Shown here one piece after another: positions 18,622 through 29,134 of a stretch of 64,000 nucleotides of DNA (the first letter of the stretch is position 1; each line of letters opens with the position of its first letter). The position numbers and the translations under genes are program-made. Source of the stretch: an uncultured Candidatus Binatia bacterium (GTDB lineage: Bacteria; Desulfobacterota; Binatia; UBA9968; CAXXLF01). The notes below the pieces were generated by a model. The model saw nothing but the letters and a program-made list of their open reading frames with translations, searched no databases and was not told the DNA's origin. The DNA is taken from the NCBI GenBank assembly GCA_965218425.1, contig OZ244621.1, positions 4,352,001 through 4,416,000 on the forward strand. The letters run 5' to 3'.

Positions 18622-19200
18622 ATGCGTCAAGACAAGAGAATCAATCAATCGGAAACGTTTTTATTCGCGCTGCTGGTTCTTATTGCCATGGGCCTTTTCG
18701 CCCCGGGCTCGGCACCAGCGGATGGTGCAGGCGAGATCGATCGCAAGGTCAAAGAGTCTCTGAAAACGCTTTACGACACTACACCGGGAGCAAAGTTGTT
18801 GGGCAAAAATGCCAAAGGCGTACTGGTTTTCCCCAAGATTGTGAAGCTTGGTTTCTTGGCCGGCGGACAAATGGGCGATGGCGCCCTGCTTAAGGAAGGT
18901 AAACCAACCGATTACTATCGGTCCATTAGCGCCTCCTTTGGCCTTCAAGCAGGCCTTCAGGTATTCGATTACGTTTTGATGTTCATGGATGATGAGTCCC
19001 TCGACTATCTTAACAGGAGCTCGGGTTGGGATCTCGGCACGGGGCCTAGCGTGGTGGTTTTGAACAAGGGTTTTGCAGGGTCAGCAACCACCACTACTCT
19101 GCGAAAGGGCGTCTACGCTTTCATCTTCGACCAGCAAGGTGTCATGGCCGGGGTCGGGTTGCAGGGGACAAAGATCACCAAGATCAAGCCAAAACCATAG
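18622..19200 (+). CDS. Exported lipid-binding SYLF/Ysc84-domain protein
   Basis: Signal peptide; AKGVLVFP, ASFGLQAG, YAFIFDQQGVMAGVGLQGTKITKI. Confidence 0.88.
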   Translation: MRQDKRINQSETFLFALLVLIAMGLFAPGSAPADGAGEIDRKVKESLKTLYDTTPGAKLLGKNAKGVLVFPKIVKLGFLAGGQMGDGALLKEGKPTDYYRSISASFGLQAGLQVFDYVLMFMDDESLDYLNRSSGWDLGTGPSVVVLNKGFAGSATTTTLRKGVYAFIFDQQGVMAGVGLQGTKITKIKPKP

Positions 19201-19333
19201 TCCTACCACGACGTCTACCTATTCAAACCCAACAAGCCGTCAGGCTTGCATTGAAAATCCACGGGGTCCCATTGCCATCCGCAGGGCAATGGAATCTGTT
19301 CTCATAATCCGCCTGCCCTTTCGGACAAACAAT

Positions 19334-19362
19334 TTGACATCCACTCCCTCTATGGATACTCT
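19334..19362 (+). promoter_or_regulatory. Candidate sigma70 promoter
   Basis: TTGACA-17-TACTCT upstream of the Rieske gene. Confidence 0.5.
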
Positions 19363-19432
19363 TTGCCGAAACGAACCTTGAGCGGGAAAAGTGTTTCCAC
19401 CGTGACTCAAACGTAGCCTGGATTCACCTCTC

Positions 19433-20623
19433 ATGGGTAGGGGTCGAAAAATGGGAACTAAAGAGCTTCGTGACATAGAACACACCGGCCCGGGAACCCC
19501 CGCAGGGCGGTATATGCGCGCCTACTGGCACCCCGTCCATCGCGCAGAGGACCTGCTCCCGGGTCGAGCCGTCCCCCTTCGAGTCATGAGCGAAGACTTC
19601 ACCCTCTACCGAGGCCAGAGCGGCACACCTCACCTCACGGCCCCACGCTGTGCCCATAGGGGCACACAGCTTTCCACGGGTTGGGTTGAGGAGGACAGCA
19701 TCCGCTGTCGCTACCACGGGTGGAAGTATAACGGCTCGGGTCAATGCGTGGAGCAACCGGGAGAAGAAGGCGCATTCGCCGAAAAGGTCAAGATTCCCAC
19801 TTTTCCAGTGCAGGAGTATCTCGGCCTCATCTTTGCCTACCTGGGAGAAGGAGCACCGCCCGCTTTCAGGCGCTACCCTCAATTCGAAGGTGCGGGTCTC
19901 CTCTTTACCCTGCCCCCTGAAAGCTGGCCCTGTAACTTCTTTAATCGCCTGGACAACGACCCTGACGCCTATCACGTGGTCTATACCCATACCGAATCCA
20001 TCCGTCGAGCAAAGCGGCAAAGCCGCTATACGAAACGCGAGACCACCGCAGAGCTAACCCCATACGGCCTCAGGACGGTGGTGCGCTTACCCGACTCTGA
20101 GATCGACTACCTTCATCAATACATGCCCAACGTGAACCAAATCCGAGTCCGCACCGGCATGGCCAGCGCTCCAGGACAAAAAGTGCTGGCGGTGTGGGAA
20201 GACCGGCTTACCTGGGCGGTTCCTCTGGACGACGAAAACAGTTACAGGTTCGAAATTAATCTGGTGGAAGTAAGCGGCGCCGCCGCCGAGGCTCTGGAAA
20301 AGACCCGGCGTGAGCAAACCGAAGGCGTCGGCGACCGCCTCAATCGGTTGGGTGACCGGATCTTGGCCGGCGAGCTGAGCATTGAGGACCTAGATCAAGA
20401 GCTGAGCACCTATGAGATTTTCCGGGTGGAGGACTATGTCACCCAAGTTGGGCAGGGGCGCATCGCTAATCGCTCAACGGAAACGCTCGCACGGCTTGAT
20501 ATGGGCGTGGTCCTTCGAAGAAAACTCTGGGAGCGGGAAATGAAGGCTCTGGCCGAGGGTAAACCGCTCACGGAGTGGATCATTCCCCCCCAACGGGACG
20601 ATTCTCCACCGGCTCAGATTTAA
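19433..20623 (+). CDS. Rieske oxygenase alpha subunit (chlorobenzoate/phthalate dioxygenase-like)
   Basis: TGPGTPAGRYMR, CAHRG...CRYHGW, DAYHVVYTH, EDYVTQVGQG. Confidence 0.92.
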   Translation: MGRGRKMGTKELRDIEHTGPGTPAGRYMRAYWHPVHRAEDLLPGRAVPLRVMSEDFTLYRGQSGTPHLTAPRCAHRGTQLSTGWVEEDSIRCRYHGWKYNGSGQCVEQPGEEGAFAEKVKIPTFPVQEYLGLIFAYLGEGAPPAFRRYPQFEGAGLLFTLPPESWPCNFFNRLDNDPDAYHVVYTHTESIRRAKRQSRYTKRETTAELTPYGLRTVVRLPDSEIDYLHQYMPNVNQIRVRTGMASAPGQKVLAVWEDRLTWAVPLDDENSYRFEINLVEVSGAAAEALEKTRREQTEGVGDRLNRLGDRILAGELSIEDLDQELSTYEIFRVEDYVTQVGQGRIANRSTETLARLDMGVVLRRKLWEREMKALAEGKPLTEWIIPPQRDDSPPAQI

Positions 20624-20958
20624 GCTGCCTGAGATAGAGACAGGCGGTAAAAGTAAAGAGCAAAGCGTCCTTGCGGATTCGGGATCACCGACCACAGGAC
20701 TACGGACTACAGAATTGAGAAAGTCAGTGAGCGGTTAGCAGCAAGAGAGCTCAGAGCTGACTGAACCCGTTCTTTCCTACCGCCTACACCCAACCCCCTC
20801 CACACTCAGAACTTAGCGCTTGTTACCCAGTACTACTCAAAGGCGCATTGCGCTTTGCCGATCCGTAGTCTGCGAAAATCTGCGGCTAATTGTTTCCCTT
20901 GCACCCGTTTCCCCACCTCCAGATCTCGTTACATCACGCTAGCTTATCCTGCCTCCGG

Positions 20959-20987
20959 TTGACATCATCCCCCCTAATCGATACCCT
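20959..20987 (+). promoter_or_regulatory. Candidate sigma70 promoter
   Basis: TTGACA-17-TACCCT upstream of the anSME gene. Confidence 0.5.
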
Positions 20988-21023
20988 TTGCCCCATGAAG
21001 TTACAAAGGGAAAGATACTAACC

Positions 21024-22310
21024 ATGGCGCAGGCATCTCGTGAATTTCAAGTTTTTGCGAAACCGGTGGGTGCCATCTGCAACCTGGATTGTCACTACTG
21101 CTATTATTTAAAAAACGAGAAGCACTATCCAAAGGGTTCCTTTCGCATGAACGAGGAAACCCTGGAAAATTACATTATCCAGCATATTGAAGCTTGTCCC
21201 ACCCCGGAAATTCGATTCTCGTGGCATGGGGGGGAACCAACTCTGCTGGGCCTCGACTACTTTCGCGCCATCGTCCAACTACAGCGCAAGCATCAGCCTT
21301 CGGACCGTCAGATCGCTAACGGAATCCAGACCAACGGCACTTTTTTAAACGATGAGTGGTGCCGATTTTTCGCCGAGGAACAATTCAACGTCGGCATCAG
21401 CGTGGATGGTCCCCGGGAACTGCATGACAACTATCGAGTCACCAAGGGTCAGAAACCGACACACAATCAAGTGATGCGGGCCTATAGGCTGCTGAGGAAG
21501 CACAAGGTCTCAACGGATCTCCTTTGCGTGATCCACGACCAGAACGTTAGGCACCCCTCGACGGTTTATCGTTTTTTTAAGGGTATTGGGGCAGAGTATC
21601 TAACCTTTTTGCCCCTTGTGAACCGAGAAAAGAGATCTGATGGAAGCGTCACCTCCCACTCGGTTCCCGCCGAAGAATACGGCACTTTCCTATGTAGTGT
21701 TTTCAACGAATGGATCCGAAACGATGTAGGACGAATCATGGTGCAAATCTTCGATGAGGCGGCACGGCCAGCCTTTGGGATAGAGCACTCCCTGTGCATT
21801 TTTCGAGAGACCTGTGGCGATATTCCCATCCTCGAACACAACGGGGACGTGTATGCCTGCGACCACTACGTGGAGCCTGAGTACTACATCGGCAACGTCA
21901 ACGAAACACCACTGGCCGCGATGTTAGAGAGTGAGGCCCAGCAAAAGTTTGGTGAGGACAAGCGTGACTCGCTACCCCGTTATTGTCGCGAGTGCGAAGT
22001 GCGCGACATGTGTAACGGTGGCTGTCCAAAGGACCGCATTATCAAGACTCCAGACGGCGAGGACGGCTTGAACTACCTGTGCGTGGGTTTCAAAAAGTTC
22101 TTCAACTACAGTCGACCCTACTTGCAACAGATGGCCTCCCTCACCCGGAGCGGGCAACCCATAGAGCGGATGATGGCCATCATGCGCGCTCGGGACTTGG
22201 AAAACGCGCCTCCGAAAGTAGGCCGCAACGACCTCTGCCCCTGTGGCAGCGGCCGGAAGTATAAAAAGTGCTGCTTCGGGAAGTCCAGTCACCTTTCCGA
22301 AAGCGTGTAG
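21024..22310 (+). CDS. Anaerobic sulfatase maturase (radical SAM/SPASM) with C-terminal SEC-C motif
   Basis: [64 protein letters not shown] at 21024. Confidence 0.92.
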   Translation: MAQASREFQVFAKPVGAICNLDCHYCYYLKNEKHYPKGSFRMNEETLENYIIQHIEACPTPEIRFSWHGGEPTLLGLDYFRAIVQLQRKHQPSDRQIANGIQTNGTFLNDEWCRFFAEEQFNVGISVDGPRELHDNYRVTKGQKPTHNQVMRAYRLLRKHKVSTDLLCVIHDQNVRHPSTVYRFFKGIGAEYLTFLPLVNREKRSDGSVTSHSVPAEEYGTFLCSVFNEWIRNDVGRIMVQIFDEAARPAFGIEHSLCIFRETCGDIPILEHNGDVYACDHYVEPEYYIGNVNETPLAAMLESEAQQKFGEDKRDSLPRYCRECEVRDMCNGGCPKDRIIKTPDGEDGLNYLCVGFKKFFNYSRPYLQQMASLTRSGQPIERMMAIMRARDLENAPPKVGRNDLCPCGSGRKYKKCCFGKSSHLSESV

Positions 22311-22553
22311 TAATTTTTCACCCCTGTTCATTTTCCGCTCCTATCACTGCCTGCTGGATCAATAGTTCTTTTTTCACCCATTGCGCTAACTCTCGGCTTG
22401 GGCCTGAGGGCGCTAAGTCGTATGTTTTAGGAAGGATTACCGGCCCAAATGGCACTCTTATCAGGCTGGAACTGTCCAAGATCAAGTGGTTACAACCTGG
22501 CATTCCTTTTGCCCAAAACATTCCCCGAGTGTGCAAGGTAAGCTCGAACCCCC

Positions 22554-22640
22554 ATGGCAACAAAGATTCTCATCGTAGAAGACAATCTGGATTTGATCGA
22601 TTTCCTGCAGGATCTGCTCCACAATCTGCAATACAATACA
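22554..22640 (+). pseudogene. N-terminal fragment of a response-regulator receiver domain
   Basis: MATKILIVEDNLDLIDFLQDLLHNLQYN, followed by an abrupt switch to unrelated sequence. Confidence 0.6.
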
Positions 22641-23018
22641 GGTGGAGAATCTCCCAATTTTCATTGCAGGAGAAATTAACGGAGACCGACCCATTTTGCA
22701 TGAAACAGCCGATGAGGGTCGGATTGCCGGCTATAACAGCGTCCAGAAAACCCTTGCCCCGTTCAGTCGAAGAACGGGCCTAAAGATAACTTTTTGTCAT
22801 CCCAACATCGCCGCAGCGGGCCGCTCTCCTTCGCCGACCTTACAAAGGGAGGATATCGCCATTGGTGATGCAAGAGAACCCGGGTCTTCTCAGGGTCTAC
22901 GGGGAGCGGGAGTCGGGTCTACTACTGGGAGCGGAGATGGTGGCGCCGGCCGGGGAGCACCTGGCGCATCTCCTCTCGTGGGTCATTCAAAAGGAAATGA
23001 CGGTATTTGAGGTCCATA
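22636..23018 (+). pseudogene. Dihydrolipoamide dehydrogenase-like C-terminal fragment, frameshifted and cut by IS1182
   Basis: IFIAGEING.RPILHETADEGRIAG, then GLLRVYG..SGLLLGAEMVAPAGEHLAHLLSWVIQ in another frame. Ends at the IS terminus. Confidence 0.75.
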
Positions 23019-24642
23019 CGGTCTGTTGCCCAAACGTCGGTTCAATAGCGCAATAGATCCAATCGAGCTATAACGTGTTTGTTTGCTCAAGCTATGACGG
23101 CTTGCTGCAAGACCATTGGATGGGGGGCCGCAAAGCGAATGGCCGCCCTCGTTGCTGCAGCCAATACGGCTCTGGGTTTTGGCCGTGTATGAACAATCAT
23201 CAGCTGGATGTTGTGCACAACGGCAATCAAGTAATCCTGAATCTGAACCCGCCAACGACCACGCCACCGCGCTCGTTTCAGTCCGTATCGTTTCCCTTGA
23301 GCAAACGATCGTTCCATGAAATGCTGACGAACCTTGATATCTCTTCTTGCTGCTTGACTCCATGCCCGGCTACGCACGCTATCCAATATCTCCTGGCGCT
23401 CATGGCGTTTGATGGTTCGCCCCGCACTTTGACAGTGAGTGCATTGGAGCCGCAAGGCACACTGCTGACACACCCCGCGGCTCGTCACGTACTCAAACGC
23501 TTTGCGCTCCACCCAGTGCTTACGCCGCCTAAGCGGTTGCCCTGCCGGACATGTATAAGTGTCGGTTTCTGGGTCATAAACAAACATACTTTCAGGAAAT
23601 ATCTTGCTCCGACGCTCCTGCTTATCCTGAGTCTGTTTCAATACCGCAATGTGAGCCATTACCCCACGGTCATAGCACTCCAGAAAATTAGCTGTAGTCC
23701 CGTACTTGCTGTCGGCTACCACCACCTGGGCACTGCGTTGGGTATGGGCCTGATGATCCTTAAGGAGATCTGTCATGCGATGTGCTTCATTCTCATCCCC
23801 AGGGCCAACCATCGTCGCGGTAATCACCCCATACGCACCGTCAATCCCTCGGTGGGTCTGATAACGCAAATTAGAGTTCCCTTTCTTTCCCTTGCGTAGC
23901 ACCGAGGCATCTGGATCGGTCGCCGACACGTAGCGCTGGTTGACAACGTTTTGCCGGGCAGGGTTCTGCGGTGGATCCTCATGCTTGTCCTCTCTTGCCT
24001 GTTCCCGCTCCTCCAATCGCCCCTCCAACTCCTTGTATGCTGGCCTCAGGTAACGTTTAAGCCCCTGGGTGTCTATGATCGAGTGGCTCGATGCATCCGC
24101 AGCAATCAAACTGGAGTCGCAAAATAGCTTACTCCCGTCTACTAACCCGCTCTCCACACACTGCCACACTACTGGTTCGAAAAAGGAGCGAAACCACTCT
24201 ACCCCCCAACGCCTCCTCGCCTTGCTCAGAACGCTGTGGTCGGGTATCTCCGAATCCAACTCCAATCCCAGAAACCACAACCAGTCCAGCCGCTCCGGTA
24301 ATGTCGCCATCAACTCCCGCTCGCTACCAACGTTGTACAGCACCAAAAGCATCATCAGCTTTAATATCATTGGCGGTGCAATCGATACGTTGCCGTTGTA
24401 TCCATATCGATCCTTGACTTCTTGGTACACAAAATCAAAATCCACCATCCGTGCTACTTTGCGTAACACGTGGTCCGCTCGTATTCGTTTCTCCAGATTG
24501 ATCCCTGTGTAGAACAGTGAAGGCTGAGGGGGGGGTTGATGACCCATCATAGCTTTGCTCCCTAAGTACCGAAATAACTGAGAGCATTATAACCAGAGGG
24601 CTCTCTTAACGCATTAAAAATATCGATTTGGGCAACAGACCG
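23019..24642 (-). mobile_element. IS1182-family insertion sequence
   Basis: Perfect 16-bp terminal inverted repeats: CGGTCTGTTGCCCAAA at 23019-23034 and its complement at 24627-24642. No target duplication visible. Confidence 0.88.
23087..24550 (-). CDS. IS1182-family DDE transposase
   Basis: SERELM..WLWFLG..IPDHSVLSKARRR, DSSLIAADAS, TDPDA, VADSKYG, YTCPAG, ERSFAQGK. Confidence 0.92.
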   Translation of the reverse strand: MMGHQPPPQPSLFYTGINLEKRIRADHVLRKVARMVDFDFVYQEVKDRYGYNGNVSIAPPMILKLMMLLVLYNVGSERELMATLPERLDWLWFLGLELDSEIPDHSVLSKARRRWGVEWFRSFFEPVVWQCVESGLVDGSKLFCDSSLIAADASSHSIIDTQGLKRYLRPAYKELEGRLEEREQAREDKHEDPPQNPARQNVVNQRYVSATDPDASVLRKGKKGNSNLRYQTHRGIDGAYGVITATMVGPGDENEAHRMTDLLKDHQAHTQRSAQVVVADSKYGTTANFLECYDRGVMAHIAVLKQTQDKQERRSKIFPESMFVYDPETDTYTCPAGQPLRRRKHWVERKAFEYVTSRGVCQQCALRLQCTHCQSAGRTIKRHERQEILDSVRSRAWSQAARRDIKVRQHFMERSFAQGKRYGLKRARWRGRWRVQIQDYLIAVVHNIQLMIVHTRPKPRAVLAAATRAAIRFAAPHPMVLQQAVIA

Positions 24643-24780
24643 AATTAACCTGATATTACCTAGGCCCGTAATATACTGGTCAGTGTATAACTAGTCAGCC
24701 AGTCAGACGCCAATCGAAAAGCGAGAGCAATTAAGGGGTAACCATCTGGCAACATCACGCCGCGTAAACAGGAGAGGCAT

Positions 24781-24873
24781 ATGGTAACGGAAGAGAATTC
24801 CCGAAGGTGGAGCTGGTGGTACCACGGCACCCAGGAGAGAGACAAAGGTATGCTCGGAAAAGAGGAATTATGA
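24781..24873 (+). CDS. Possible 30-aa leader peptide upstream of the Rieske pseudogene
   Basis: AGGAGAGG RBS; MVTEENSRRWSWWYHGTQERDKGMLGKEEL*; ATGA overlap with the next start. Confidence 0.35.
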   Translation: MVTEENSRRWSWWYHGTQERDKGMLGKEEL

Positions 24874-26130
24874 TTACTAGGGAAGAGAATGAGCTTTTGT
24901 GCAGGGTTGGGCCAGGCACGCCTATGGGAGAGCTGCTGCGGCAGTACTGGAGCCCGGTGATTTTCTCATCGGAGTTGCAGACGGATGGCCCGCCAAAGCG
25001 GGTGCTGCTCCTCGGGGAGAATCTGATCGCTTTTCGGGAAACCCTGGGGCGGGTTGGGCTCCTGGCCGACAATTGCTCCCATCGGAGGGCTTCCCTTTTT
25101 TTGGGGCGCAATGAAGACGGAGGGTTGCGCTGTGTCTACCACGGGGGGAAGTATGACGTGGAAGGGCGGTGTGTAGATATGCCCAACGAGCCCCCGCAGA
25201 GCGACTTCAAGGAGAAGATCCATCATGTGGCCTATCCCTGTCAGGAGCATGGCGGGGTGATCTGGACCTAGATGGGACCGCGGCGGGAACCGTCGCCCTT
25301 CCCTGATTTGGAGTGGACGAAGCTGCCGCTGGAGAATCGCAACGTATCCCAGACCCTCCGCCAGTGTAATTGGATGCAGGGCTTGGAAGGGGACATCGAC
25401 ACAAGTCATCTCTATTTTCTGCACAGTCGGCTCGAGACTGACGACCACCGGCAGGTGGGGGCGTACCACCCGGACAAGTCACCGCGCTTGGAGGTGGTGC
25501 CCACCGACTATGGGGTGAAATACGGGGCACGGCGGATTCAGGACGAAAACAATTACTACTGGCGCATCACCCAGTTCATGATGCCCTTCCATACCCTGTT
25601 CCCGCCGGGCGGTGCCGCCGGAGTCCCAGGGCATATATGGGTACCCCTGGATGACTACAACCACATGGTGTGGAGCCTCATCTGGAAGCCGGACGGCCCA
25701 CTCCCGCCGGGGGCTACTTCGACCCTGGGTATATGGAACAGACCACCGATTGGCTGGGCCGGTGGCGGCATAGGCGAACGCAACCAACGATTTCATGATC
25801 GATCGGGAGAAGCAACGGACGGTTAGTTTCACTGGGATCCCCACAGTTCCTCTGCAAGACACGGCGGTGACCGAGAGCATGGGACCGATCTATGATCGAA
25901 GCAAGGAGCACCTGGGGACCAGCGATGCCATGATCATCGAGGTGCGACGAATTTTGATTAATGCGGCCAAGGCGCTGCGGGAGCAGGGGGTGACACCGCC
26001 CGGTGTTGATCATCCGGAGCTATACCGAGTCCGCTCCGCTTCCGTGGTTTTACCGAAAGAGGTGAGATGGCTAGAGGCCACGGAGGAGACGCTCAAGGCC
26101 TTCACCGGGCTGCCAGTAGCCTCCCTCTAA
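24870..26130 (+). pseudogene. Rieske oxygenase alpha subunit pseudogene
   Basis: Collinear with the paralogs at 3353 and 43063. In-frame TAG at 25269-25271 (Tyr in paralogs), YHGW>YHGG, and frameshifts around 25735-25775. Confidence 0.88.
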
Positions 26131-26179
26131 AGAGCCAGGTACAGTAAGTATAGGGGACATCCTATAGTCTCCTTGTCAA

Positions 26180-26481
26180 GTAATAATTTCTTGGCATTAG
26201 TTTTTCAATAGAATCAGCACATTGCAAATCCTGCCGGATTGATCACACACTTCTACACTAAGCCTGCACACAGGCTTTGATATTTTCTGGCGAGTCTCTC
26301 ACTACCTTCGAACTTAGCACCTCATCGTTACAAGTATTCGGTGTACCTGCTTTTAGTCACCCATCATCCCTTATCCAGGTTGCAAAGTTCAGTGAGAGGC
26401 CCCTGTATTGTCCCTCCCGAGGTCCTTGTTTGGCCTCTACGTTGCGTCTCGGGGTCCTCCCTCGCCAAGGTCAAATAGACT
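26180..26481 (-). ncRNA. Candidate bridge/seek RNA of the IS110 element
   Basis: Nested inverted repeats: 26288-26294/26461-26467, 26296-26303/26391-26398, 26310-26315/26385-26390 and 26396-26401/26432-26437. Lies directly 3' of the transposase. Confidence 0.6.
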
Positions 26482-27768
26482 CTAGTCTATCTTCAAATAC
26501 GTCGGATCAAAAAACTCCTTTTTCTTCATCAACGTCCAGGCAATGATTAACATCTTAGCTGTCAACTTCACCCTCATCTTGGTCTTAATCCCTTTCTCCT
26601 TTTGCCGCCCTGTGAGTTTGTGGGTAAAATAGGCAGTAAAGTGCTTATCCTTGTTTGAGGCCACCAACGCTGCCTGGTACAACCCATAGCGCACCTCGAC
26701 CTTACCCTTCTTGGAAATACGCGGCGTGCTATCGGATGAATACTTTCCACTACGAGAAGCCGAAAGATCCAGACCCACCATCTTCAGCACTTGGCTGCCA
26801 CTACTAAAACGAAAAGGGTCTGCTATAGCGGCCAGCACCATGGCACAAACCAATGGGCCAAAACCAGGTATACTCAAAAGGTAAGGATAGGATTCAAACT
26901 GAAGGCAAATCTGCTTAATCTGCTCATCGGTTTCGCCAATCGTTTGGCGTACCTGCTTTAACAGACTGACCACCCTATCGGCTTCAAATTGAACCGACGG
27001 ACCGAACCGAGAGCCAATCGAAACCGCTGCCTTTTGCCATACGGCGGACAACCGACGTTGTTGGGCATAGGTTTGACCTCGGGTGTGAATCCTGCTTAGA
27101 AACTGTTCATAGTCTAAGCCCGATACCTCCACTGGGTCCAAACACCATTGGACAATCGCTAATCCCTCCTTTGCTGCCCAATGACAACACTGGTCTAACT
27201 CCGGGAAATACTGGGCCACCAGGTGATTGCGAATGCGTATCCTTAGCCCATGTTCGAGCTTCTTTAGCTTTCTTCTCATTGACAGAAGATTCCTTAACTC
27301 CCGAAGCTCCACACCGGGAAATTCGTAATACACGCACTTTCCCTGAGAAATCAGATCCGCAATGTTATCTGCGTCCTTGGTGTCGTGTTTGTCCCATCTA
27401 CCATCCAACAATGAGCGGTTCTTCTTCACGGCATCTGAAGCTACCAGGACCACCATATGCTGTTTCCTGATTAAGAACTCTCCCAGAGGTTTGTGATAGT
27501 TCGCTGTCGGTTCCAGCCCAAAAACTTCCTTCGTTAATCCGTGCCTAACTCTAACGGCCTCTACCTGCAATAAAAGCTTTTCAAATCCCTCTCTGTGGTT
27601 ATCGAAGACCAGTTGCTTATACAGCACCTTGCCTGTAGCCGTGCCCATAAAGGCATAGTGCCTGTCCTTGGCCACATCGATTCCCACGATCAGATACTCT
27701 GTTGAGCCACGAATCTCCTTTTTCAATTGACGAAATGCTTCGAGCCTGTTAGCTTCAAACCGTTCCAT
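26482..27768 (-). CDS. IS110-family transposase/recombinase
   Basis: VGIDVAK, LEPTANYH, KHDTKDAD (DEDD RuvC-like domain); SIPGFG, GLDLSASRSGK, ISKKG. Confidence 0.93.
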   Translation of the reverse strand: MERFEANRLEAFRQLKKEIRGSTEYLIVGIDVAKDRHYAFMGTATGKVLYKQLVFDNHREGFEKLLLQVEAVRVRHGLTKEVFGLEPTANYHKPLGEFLIRKQHMVVLVASDAVKKNRSLLDGRWDKHDTKDADNIADLISQGKCVYYEFPGVELRELRNLLSMRRKLKKLEHGLRIRIRNHLVAQYFPELDQCCHWAAKEGLAIVQWCLDPVEVSGLDYEQFLSRIHTRGQTYAQQRRLSAVWQKAAVSIGSRFGPSVQFEADRVVSLLKQVRQTIGETDEQIKQICLQFESYPYLLSIPGFGPLVCAMVLAAIADPFRFSSGSQVLKMVGLDLSASRSGKYSSDSTPRISKKGKVEVRYGLYQAALVASNKDKHFTAYFTHKLTGRQKEKGIKTKMRVKLTAKMLIIAWTLMKKKEFFDPTYLKID

Positions 27769-27772
27769 ATTT

Positions 27773-27835
27773 AAACCTCCTGTGTATTAAGAATTTTATG
27801 GGTCGTACCTAAGTTCTTAGCAGGAGGTTTTTTTT
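27773..27835. promoter_or_regulatory. Hairpin sequestering the transposase RBS; also a plus-strand terminator-like structure
   Basis: AAACCTCCTG (27773-27782) pairs with CAGGAGGTTT (27821-27830), with an inner TAAGAA/TTCTTA stem and a T run after it. Confidence 0.6.
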
Positions 27836-27932
27836 ATACAGCTATAAAATAACTTCCAATTATAATACCGTGCGGATCTATAACCCTGGTAAGCTATAAT
27901 ATATAACGTTGCGACTTTCGTGGCTTTCCCGA

Positions 27933-28247
27933 CTATTCCGATTCCAGCAGCCTGCGCCAACGTTTGTCGTCGCGAGTTCCTCGTCGTACAGCCCGGCACG
28001 TGGATTTTGCCTGATCCTGACCGAATATGGATTTAAACAGAAGCCCTTTCATCTCCGCCCTGGAGGCATGTCGGGCAAGATGGAACGGATCCTGTTGGCC
28101 CTCATGGGCATGGCAGTGGATATCGATGGCGTCTCTGACCTTGATATGCGGCGGATGGATGGCCCCTGGCTTATATTGCGTGGGCACGGCGCAGGAAGTG
28201 ACGCACCGTTTTTGGGTAGGGGGTTGAAACTTCATTTGCCATGGCAT
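27933..28247 (-). pseudogene. Truncated metal-dependent hydrolase (DUF6282-like) N-terminus
   Basis: GGGAGG RBS; AIDIHCHAH...MKGLLFKS. The frame degenerates just before the IS110 end. Confidence 0.6.
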
Positions 28248-28348
28248 ACCTCCCGTTTAGGACTTCTGACTTCGCTTATATAATAGCCCTCGAACACGGT
28301 CTCTCCTAGGCGATGATCTCCCGCAAGAAATCTCAAGCTTGCCATTCT

Positions 28349-29104
28349 TCACTCACGAGCGAACGCATCCAATGCCGCCTGAAGTATCTGTCCCTGCAGG
28401 TCTATGGCGGTCAACGCGCAGTATTCCAGGCTGTATCCAGGTCTCACATCGGCCATGCCGTCTTCCAGAAGACGCTGCAAGACCTGACGCCTGAATGTCC
28501 CGTGTCCCATGCCCCCTTCGTGCTCCTTAAGGTCGGCCTCTTCGTGGAGCGAGAAATAAATCGCCTCCTCTCGACTGAGACCATAATGGACGGTAAGGTA
28601 CCCGAATAGCTCTCCAGCCCAATAGCCAAATTGCTCTTCCGTCGCCCCGGCGGCATAAAATTCCGCCATGGTGCCCTCCCATACTACGGACCGAAAATAA
28701 TCGAGCTTGGCACGAAACCCCGCAAGCATGGGAGCCAAAAAGATCTCATCCTCCGAGATGTCCAACGCCTTTGCCGTCTGCAGCACCACGTGAATATGCC
28801 CCGGCGGTTTCGGATGGACCAGTTCGTCGGCCAGCTTCTCTGCCATGGCTGACATGAGATCGCGGTGCTTGCGGAAAAATGAAATATGCTTATGGTAGGT
28901 AACTGCTTCCAGGGTATTGATTTCAATCGTATAGGAACCCCAGTTTTTAAAGAACGTACGAAAGGCAGCTTTCGGTAGAGTCCCAACCCTAAGCTGTTCC
29001 ATAAACGGCGAACTGGTAACCCTCTCTTGCCATCTCTGAGCCACCTGGTTGTAAAGGTGGTCCACATAGGCCTTTGCCTCTGCGCTTTGCATGCCTTGGG
29101 TCAT
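28349..29104 (-). CDS. Heme-oxygenase-like diiron enzyme (TenA/PqqC/CADD superfamily)
   Basis: PFMEQLRVGTL, DELVHPKPPGH, TEEQ, YGLS...YFSLHEEADLKEH iron-ligand pattern. Confidence 0.8.
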   Translation of the reverse strand: MTQGMQSAEAKAYVDHLYNQVAQRWQERVTSSPFMEQLRVGTLPKAAFRTFFKNWGSYTIEINTLEAVTYHKHISFFRKHRDLMSAMAEKLADELVHPKPPGHIHVVLQTAKALDISEDEIFLAPMLAGFRAKLDYFRSVVWEGTMAEFYAAGATEEQFGYWAGELFGYLTVHYGLSREEAIYFSLHEEADLKEHEGGMGHGTFRRQVLQRLLEDGMADVRPGYSLEYCALTAIDLQGQILQAALDAFARE

Positions 29105-29134
29105 TGTTTTCCCCCTATATCAATTCGGGCATAA

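Larger units (their letters stand above)
26138..27891 (-). mobile_element. IS110-family element (ends provisional)
   Basis: DEDD transposase with about 340 nt of non-coding sequence downstream. CC(A/T)GGTA occurs at both proposed junctions (26135-26141 and 27885-27891). Confidence 0.75.

Noticed and set aside
21024..22310. Radical SAM/SPASM protein as a RiPP maturase
   Set aside because: Motifs fit the anSME family, and no RRE domain or adjacent precursor peptide was seen.
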